Assembly: GCF_001194135.2 (NCBI RefSeq)
Contig: NC_068983.1
Span: 64,363,232-64,407,478 of the forward strand
From: Octopus bimaculoides
Lineage: Eukaryota
Length of the DNA: 44,247 nt
Direction of reading: 5' to 3'
Shown: positions 36,761 to 44,247 of the stretch, in pieces
Position numbering within the stretch: the first letter of the stretch is position 1
Layout of the letters: every line of letters begins with the position of its first letter
Notes under the pieces: model-generated
What the model was told of the DNA's origin: nothing
What the model saw: only the letters and a program-made list of their open reading frames with translations
Database searches by the model: none
Translations under genes and position numbers: made by a program

Positions 36761-37216
36761 CAACACCAAACAACAATCACCCACGCAATTTGCAATAGAA
36801 TCCTGAACTCTATATTTACTTGTATCTGTTAGGTTGGTGTATTGTAAATTTTACTGAGATATTGATGTATTGAAGAGCACTAAGGTATATTTATTTGAAG
36901 TGACTTAAAAAGAATTTAGTTTGAAGGTGACATATTTAGTAGGAATGTAACAAAAGGAATATGTCCTCAAGTTAACATCAGAACATTTAGAAGAAATTCG
37001 GTAACTTTAAGTGGAATGCAATTTTAGTTAACAGATAAAGAGAACTAAGGAAAAACCATTCTTATAATATGTGATAATCCTAAGAAATACGATATATGGA
37101 CAGGTAATGAATCTACTTCGGTGCAGTTTAAGTTTTCATCAATGCATGAATAGAATGGCATAGAAAGTCGACATTAGATGGAGGAGAATTTATTGTGATT
37201 CTAATGGGGGAATATA

Positions 37217-37548
37217 GTGTGTGTGTGTGTGTATGTGTGTGTGTATGTGTGTGTGTATGTATCTGCATGCATGTGTGTATGTGAGCAAGTGTGTGAGTAC
37301 ACACACACATACACACACACACACGCATATATATATATATATATATGTGTGTGTATCTGAATATATGTGTGTATGTGACCTAGTGTGTGAATATACACAC
37401 ATGCACGCATATATATATATGTGTGTGTATGTGTTTGTGAGTGTGTGTGTGTGTGTTTGTCTGTGTGTGTGTGTATGTGTGTGTGTATGTGTGTGTGTAT
37501 GTGTGTGTGTATGTGTGTGTGTATGTGTGTGTGTATGTGTGTGTGTGT
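37217..37548. repeat. Compound (TG)n/(TA)n/(TATGTGTGTG)n array
   Basis: Direct observation. Confidence 0.95.
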
Positions 37549-37944
37549 AATATACATGTACTAGTGTGACAATAACGCTGTGAAATACATGTTAAACTGA
37601 TGACGAATCAGGATCGCGGGCGGGGGCATAATCAAGAGACAGATATGACATGTCAGCTACAAGTGGAAGACAAATCACATCGCATTATACTCAGTGGATA
37701 TAGGCATGCATTNNNNNNNNNNNNNNNNNNNNNNNNNNNNNNNNNNNNNNNNNNNNNNNNNNNNNNNNNNNNNNNNNNNNNNNNNNNNNNNNNNNNNNNN
37801 NNNNNNNNNNNNNNNNNNNNNNNNNNNNNNNNNNNNNNNNNNNNNNNNNNNNNNNNNNNNNNNNNNNNNNNNNNNNNNNNNNNNNNNNNNNNNNNNNNNN
37901 NNNNNNNNNNNNNNNNNNNNNNNNNNNNNNNNNNNNNNNNNTAT

Positions 37945-38110
37945 ATGGGAGAATTTACGAAAAAAAACAAAAGACAAAGACAGGTGGTGTAAACAACAAA
38001 TGGATGTATTAGTTTAACGCTGGGGAATAGAGAAAGTCTTTGACGTTTCGAGCTACGCTCTTCAACTGAAGGGTACATAGAAAAAATAAGGAGAGAAACA
38101 AGGAGAAAAA
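37945..38110 (-). repeat. Probable Penelope-type terminal-repeat remnant with degenerate hammerhead
   Basis: Minus strand CAGUUGA-A-GAGC(gua)GCUC-GAA-ACGU-C at 38068-38043. Stems II and III are intact; the core has two substitutions. Confidence 0.5.
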
Positions 38111-38149
38111 AATTATATATATATATATACACACATACATGCATATGTT

Positions 38150-38830
38150 AAAACGAGGATACCTTATAGATGACATCAAAAATCACGATGTTGGTTATAT
38201 AGGGCGCAGCAGATTTATTTAAAGTGCCCCGTAAGAGAGAGCCACTGGGCTTATGACTCGACCCTTTGAGAAAATAAATTAAAGCATGGATCACTACATT
38301 TTTGCTGCAAGACAATACATTAGTCAAAGAAAATGTATTATATGAAATTACTGGGTAAAAGTGCATTGATATCGCATGAAGCGAAACCCAAAGTGACGCA
38401 GATTATTACATTGTGGAGATATGATGAAGTTCTCTGAACCATACTATCTTCATTACATTTTACGGTAAGAAATGGACCTGACAGAAGACTAGGTTGAGGC
38501 AAGTAAGCTCAATACCATCATCGTGCAGCACGCATGTATATGATTGGGTCTTATACTCTGGCGCTAACCTAATGCATATAGCTTCAGTTAATGAGAACAT
38601 ATCATTAGGTATGCAGTCATTGTTTTGTACAAAGAGACTTTCTATTAAATTTCGTTTTAGTATCTCTTTTTGAATAAATTTTCGATTTTCTTTGTGTCGT
38701 TTAATTAGCAAGAAATATCGAATGCTCATTGTATGCTGTATTACTAATATTTCCTCCTTACCATATTTTTGTGTTAAATATCGGGAAATCGTTGGCATTG
38801 AAGTTCCGCGATATATATACATCAGAGTTC
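38150..38830 (-). pseudogene. Decayed nAChR-like fragment E (ECD)
   Basis: ORF 38460-38822 reads SLFVQNNDCIPNDMFSL...YKTQSYTCVLHDDGIELTCLNLVFCQVHF (cf. FxPQxxIWIPD...V..DG.V.W....F...C.VD). Downstream YPVISYNTFSL is beta10-like. Confidence 0.5.
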
Positions 38831-39129
38831 CTCTGTAGTGTTACCTTGTTTGGAAAATAACTGATATTTAAGGAGTTCAAGTAGATATTCTATTTGTTTA
38901 TTGAGTGATGTTAGCGTGAGTACATTATTCTTTGTGCTATTTGATGTTGAGAAAGCTTATGTCACCTAAGATAAAGTTACTCGTTTACGTTTTGGTCAAG
39001 GTTCGTTAATACCTGCTTTAGCGTATTAGGGTTGTCTTCACGTTTGCCATCATCTTTGAGACACCTAGTTCGTGATACAATATAGAAAACTTTGTATATC
39101 ATAATACTATGACATGAAACGAGTTTTCT

Positions 39130-39400
39130 GTGTCACAGCTGAATAAAAACGGGGCAACTTTCTAAATGCATATTGCAGCAAGATGTCTTTCTCTCCAGCG
39201 AGTATGAAACACAAAATATTGTGGTCATGTACATTTCTGTGTCAGACATATTTTTCATAGATATGCGTGTTTACGTGCCATGCTTCGTGCTTGATTACAC
39301 AAGGAAGGGTGTTACAGGTCTAGTATTTTGCATATGTTGCAATTTGGAAATTCAACAGTAAAACCGGTGATGTAAGAGAGAATGACTCCTTTTTTGTACC
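39130..39400 (+). pseudogene. Decayed nAChR-like fragment O (beta2-beta4)
   Basis: KTGQLS..QDVFLSSEYETQNIVVMYISVSDIFFIDM (cf. EKTGxLS...WxDxFLxWxxSEY.NI..xYIPxSDIWxPD). Confidence 0.5.
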
Positions 39401-40399
39401 AGTGTATGCACAGATGTGTTTGTATGTATAAATGTACGATGCTGCCACTGACAATTCACAATTATTTCTTTAACTAAAAATATCATATCATCATGATTCA
39501 TGGTACACATAAATAGTAACCTACGCTACTGACAATGCCTTGTTTCGTTTACTTATATCGTGATATGTTAACGTTATTAAAACCTTTAAACGGAAAAAAA
39601 ATTATAGAAAAAAAATTATGGTAGAATGAAATCTGGACAGAAGAATTTATGAATGCAATATATATATATATATATATATATANNNNNNNNNNNNNNNNNN
39701 NNNNNNNNNNNNNNNNNNNNNNNNNNNNNNNNNNNNNNNNNNNNNNNNNNNNNNNNNNNNNNNNNNNNNNNNNNNNNNNNNNNNNNNNNNNNNNNNNNNN
39801 NNNNNNNNNNNNNNNNNNNNNNNNNNNNNNNNNNNNNNNNNNNNNNNNNNNNNNNNNNNNNNNNNNNNNNNNNNNNNNNNNNNNNNNNNNNNNNNNNNNN
39901 NNNNNNNNNNNNNNNNNNNNNNNNNNNNNNNNNNNNNNNNNNNNNNNNNNNNNNNNNNNNNNNNNNNNNNNNNNNNNNNNNNNNNNNNNNNNNNNNNNNN
40001 NNNNNNNNNNNNNNNNNNNNNNNNNNNNNNNNNNNNNNNNNNNNNNNNNNNNNNNNNNNNNNNNNNNNNNNNNNNNNNNNNNNNNNNNNNNNNNNNNNNN
40101 NNNNNNNNNNNNNNNNNNNNNNNNNNNNNNNNNNNNNNNNNNNNNNNNNNNNNNNNNNNNNNNNNNNNNNNNNNNNNNNNNNNNNNNNNNNNNNNNNNNN
40201 NNNNNNNNNNNNNNNNNNNNNNNNNNNNNNNNNNNNNNNNNNNNNNNNNNNNNNNNNNNNNNNNNNNNNNNNNNNNNNNNNNNNNNNNNNNNNNNNNNNN
40301 NNNNNNNNNNNNATATATATATATATATATATAAAGTTTCTGGAACAGATTTCATTATAAAATATAAGGAAAGTTAATAGTTATTTTAGAAATTGGAGA

Positions 40400-40860
40400 T
40401 CGTGTGATATGAAGTTGTTATATTCATTTAACTACACATAATGCAACTGTGTTTTTCTTACAATATTTTCAGTTTCAATGACTGTACACTATATATTTGC
40501 GAGAAGATATAGTCCATGACACCAATATAGTAAATATTTATTTCTGCAGTATTCTGTTACAGTATAAGCATATAAAACAAATTTGTGAAGGACAATCTTC
40601 TCACTTTTATTCGGTTCTTCATATTCTGGGAAACATATAAGTTTTTTTTCCGTTGGTATCGGTGTTAAATAAATTGCACAAAGGACGATATAGGAAGAAT
40701 CATACTTCACAAAAAAAAAAAACCTTTGACATGTCATTTTAGATGCTAAATCCAGAAGGACCGACAATAATATATTTCCAACATCGGCATGTGATAACAT
40801 ATTTTCTGGAAATCCTTTATTACTATGTTCAGCAAGTGTACTCCTCTGGTACATATCGAC
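40400..40860 (-). pseudogene. Decayed nAChR-like fragment F (N-terminal ECD)
   Basis: ORF 40489-40854 reads LAEHSNKGFPEN...VGNILLSVLLDLASKMTCQRFFFF...ICFPEYEEPNKSEKIVLHK (cf. LxxxYNKxxRP...V...L.SIL.LD...Q.F...I.FP...IW.PDIVLxN). Confidence 0.45.
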
Positions 40861-41657
40861 TTAAAAAATGTTAAAGGCAAATGTGACATAAATAATCTGT
40901 GACACGTAGATGCAAATATATATGTCTATACCCATGCCCATTCGTGCATACATGTCATTGTATCTATGTATATGCACACATGGCTAAATATATGTATTCA
41001 CATAAATTATATACACACAAAAACATAATATAGATATGTATAAATGTATATATGTTTACATATGTATGTATATAAGTTATATATATATATATNNNNNNNN
41101 NNNNNNNNNNNNNNNNNNNNNNNNNNNNNNNNNNNNNNNNNNNNNNNNNNNNNNNNNNNNNNNNNNNNNNNNNNNNNNNNNNNNNNNNNNNNNNNNNNNN
41201 NNNNNNNNNNNNNNNNNNNNNNNNNNNNNNNNNNNNNNNNNNNNNNNNNNNNNNNNNNNNNNNNNNNNNNNNNNNNNNNNNNNNNNNNNNNNNNNNNNNN
41301 NNNNNNNNNNNNNNNNNNNNNNNNNNNNNNNNNNNNNNNNNNNNNNNNNNNNNNNNNNNNNNNNNNNNNNNNNNNNNNNNNNNNNNNNNNNNNNNNNNNN
41401 NNNNNNNNNNNNNNNNNNNNNNNNNNNNNNNNNNNNNNNNNNNNNNNNNNNNNNNNNNNNNNNNNNNNNNNNNNNNNNNNNNNNNNNNNNNNNNNNNNNN
41501 NNNNNNNNNNNNNNNNNNNNNNNNNNNNNNNNNATATACATACATACACACACATATATACATATATATTAGGCAGTACCCGGTGTTGCTGAAATTAATT
41601 TAAATGATACTATAGTTGAAGGAAGTAGTGATAATAGCAGTAATTATAAAAATGCTG

Positions 41658-41755
<98 letters not shown>

Positions 41756-41790
41756 AAGTAGTAGTAATATAGATAATAATAATAATAACA
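41658..41790. repeat. (ATA)n-(GTA)n compound trinucleotide array
   Basis: Direct observation. Confidence 0.97.
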
Positions 41791-41819
41791 ATGATGGGAA
41801 TATCAATAATCTTGATTGC

Positions 41820-42140
41820 AGTAATAACATCAGTTGCAATTCCAGAGTCAAATCCCATTGCCCGTTATTGGGTCGCTGTTTAATTGGAAAATGCAGTTTA
41901 CAGATGTACAGTTGTGACTGAAATTGGTAATTTTATATATATTGAATGTTCGATAAATATGACAAACCTATTAATAACCGTTTATCATCATTTAGACTTA
42001 GACATAAAGCTAATAGTACGTCTTTATCTAGTAAGATATGTGAACTTAAAGAAGGCTGGACTAGATTTAGCCTTTAGTAGATATGGGTGTGAACTTTGCT
42101 CTATGGAAATTTATGCATTTTTAAGTACAGAGCACCGCCA
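41820..42140 (+). mobile_element. Penelope-like GIY-YIG fragment
   Basis: SCNSRVKSHCPLLGRCL + ENAVYRCTVVTEIGNFIYIECS + RLSSFRLRHKANSTSLSSKICELK. Confidence 0.75.
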
Positions 42141-42142
42141 CT

Positions 42143-42497
42143 AGTCGAACAAGTCGATCCCAGGACTTTTTCTCTGTAAGCCTAGTATTTATTCTATCGG
42201 TATCTTTTGCCGAACCGCTAGGTTACGGAGACATAAACATACCAATATCAGTATCAATCTATGATGTGGGGGGGGGGGACAAATACAGACACACAAACGC
42301 ATACACACACACACACACACACACGCATATATGTGACGGGCTTCTTTCAGTTTCCGTCTACCAAATTCACTCACAAGGTTTGGGTCGGCCCCAAGTTAAA
42401 GTAGAAGATACTTAGACAAGGTGCCACGCAGTGGGACTGTACCCAGGACCATGCGGTTGAGAAGCAAACTTCTTACCATGCAGCCACTCCTGCGCCT
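42143..42497 (-). mobile_element. Composite octopus-type SINE repeat (tRNA head on the minus strand at 42497-42335, joined through (CA)n to another SINE-like piece)
   Basis: Minus-strand head TAGGCGCAGGAGTGGCTGCATGGTAAGAAG...GGGTACAGTCCCAC...GGTAGACGGAAACTGAAAGAAGCCCGTC. Confidence 0.8.
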
Positions 42498-43049
42498 ATA
42501 TAATTAATATACTGTATATGTATATATTTATATAACTAATTCAGTTGCATGTATATGAACACATAACATTAAACAAATGTTCATGTGTGTGTGTGCGTGT
42601 GCGTGTGTGCATGCATTTGTAAGTCAGTATATGCATGATTTCAGGTTTAACTAGAAGCGGAGAAGGCGCTATTCTAAACTCGATTTAGCGTGTCTAAACA
42701 AATACATGATAGATGAAAACAGAGTTTTATACTGAGTTTTGTAAATTCGATATCAACGAAATTTGATGACTGGGAAGACGGTGCTAGCAAGAGATTTTGT
42801 AAAATTAACACAGAAGTGGAGTATTCTATTGCTTGCTTGTGTTAAGAAAAAAATAAACATGCAATGAATATGAAGAAGCCAAAGAATTATGTACAAAATA
42901 ATATATATAAAAAAAACGGTATAATTCAATCCATCCGTTTACATTCGTTTCTATTTTGTTAGCTGGTTTCAGGTTTTATTTTTCCTTTAATGCATTCTAA
43001 TACAATTTAGTCGATCTCAAAATACAGGTTCTTTTATATTTGCTCTGTA

Positions 43050-44000
43050 ATCCGTATAGAATATGGGCCTCAATCCTAATCCTGAAAGTAGAGCAAATGG
43101 AACATATATCAAAATATCAAGAAGTGAGAAGAATGGTTCTATTCATTGAATAGCTCATCACTTTGACATATGTCATTATTAACAGAAACCATGAAGTAAC
43201 TCAGATTTAAGTTTGTGAGACACAGATAAGTTCTTCAACGATAGCTATTATAGGAAACAGTACATGAGAGAAGGAGAACAGGCAGACACTGTGGAACATG
43301 TATGGAGCAGCAACAGTAGCAGCACATGCTGAAAGAACACTACAATTGTAGAAACTACCTTGTAAATCTGTATAGAGAAGTGTAAATCACTGTTCCAACG
43401 TGTGCCGTGTGCGCACATGACGCTATTCAATGGTTGTTATTGCATTCAATTTTACTCAATTCTCAAAGCATCACTGACACTCAAAAACTGTAGATTATTA
43501 TAAGGATAACAATAAGAATAAAGAAATATTGATAATAACGACTTGAGGAAATATGAAATTGAGACGTGGTACACTTATTGAAAATATGACACAAACTTTC
43601 AAAATAGGCTGAGAAGTTGCTCACCATCCTCAAAATCTTTTATAATAAATAATTTACGAAAAGTAGAGAAATGGAAAAATAAAAATAAATGAATGTAAGC
43701 ATGTCAGATACCTCTCAATGAAAATATTTCTATATGACACTGCTTTTGAAAATTTACATAGCAGATATTTTACATTATTCACAAAATAACAATGGATATC
43801 ATTTCTTGAATTCAAGCTTCTCCTATTCTGAAGTAATGTTAAAAAAATTTGACATCACAGTTTTAAAAAATTTTCTGATGCTACGATGCTCATAATCAGA
43901 TGCGAAAGCAACACTTGAAGTTATGCAGTAAAATTACTGACAAAAGAATCCCTCGATCTTAAATTATATCTGAAAGGATAGTTGAAGTTTTCTTTTATTT
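43050..44000 (-). pseudogene. Decayed nAChR-like fragment H (near full span)
   Basis: In order on the minus strand: SDYEHRSI (~43900); IFKSS(C)...KYF(P)...TC (43753-43699, Cys-loop with indels); KDFEDGEQLL (~43640); VIFSIS...VVIINISLFLLLSL (M1); VKLNAIT (M2 start); STIVVFFQHVLLLLLLH (M3); IEPFFSLLDILIY (M4). Confidence 0.6.
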
Positions 44001-44149
44001 TCCGTAAGTGAATAGATTTATTAAATAGTTATTTTTTTTTCTTTTTGGAGGTCTTCAAATACTTTTCGGAAATCTTTGCATGGTACACAAAAACAAGATG
44101 CTTCAGTGTTAACCATAAAACACACGAGCACCAAAACATATGCATACAC

Positions 44150-44162
44150 ATGCACACACATA

Positions 44163-44204
<42 letters not shown>

Positions 44205-44247
44205 CACATGCACACACATACAAACACACACACACACACACACACAC
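44150..44247. repeat. (CA)n microsatellite
   Basis: Direct observation. Confidence 0.97.

Noticed and set aside
36950-37120. Further nAChR-like hints (FKWNA, PKKYDIWT), also an M3-like stretch at ~2530-2620 and FPY*H at ~19190-19220
   Set aside because: One or two short motifs only; not distinguishable by eye from chance in AT-rich DNA.
1-44247. Prokaryotic-type features (CRISPR arrays, operons, rRNA, true tRNA genes)
   Set aside because: No regular repeat-spacer array or rRNA-like sequence was seen. The tRNA-like segments are SINE heads without complete cloverleaves.

Overview
This is AT-rich animal genomic scaffold with eight N-gaps (7330-7693, ~15906-15916, 16232-16433, 26767-27298, 28656-29055, 37713-37941, 39684-40312, 41093-41534) and many microsatellites. 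The tRNA-derived SINE families look like those of octopus or another coleoid cephalopod (inference from recalled repeat motifs, not a database search). I found no intact protein-coding gene. Recognisable mobile elements are one mariner, one Tc1-like element, one Ty3/Gypsy integrase plus LTR, four Penelope-like (PLE) fragments, R4/Dong-like, Tx1-like and RTE-like LINE fragments, and several SINEs. The main observation concerns the DNA between these elements. By hand translation across stops and frameshifts, much of it reads as heavily decayed, apparently intron-less fragments of Cys-loop (nicotinic-acetylcholine-receptor-like) subunits. There are about 18 candidate fragments on both strands, consistent with a pseudogene graveyard of a tandem array such as the cephalopod atypical nAChR / chemotactile receptor family. 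These calls were made by eye and need a profile search. A second observation is four minimal type-I hammerhead-ribozyme-like motifs, one at a PLE end and one with a nearly complete fold.
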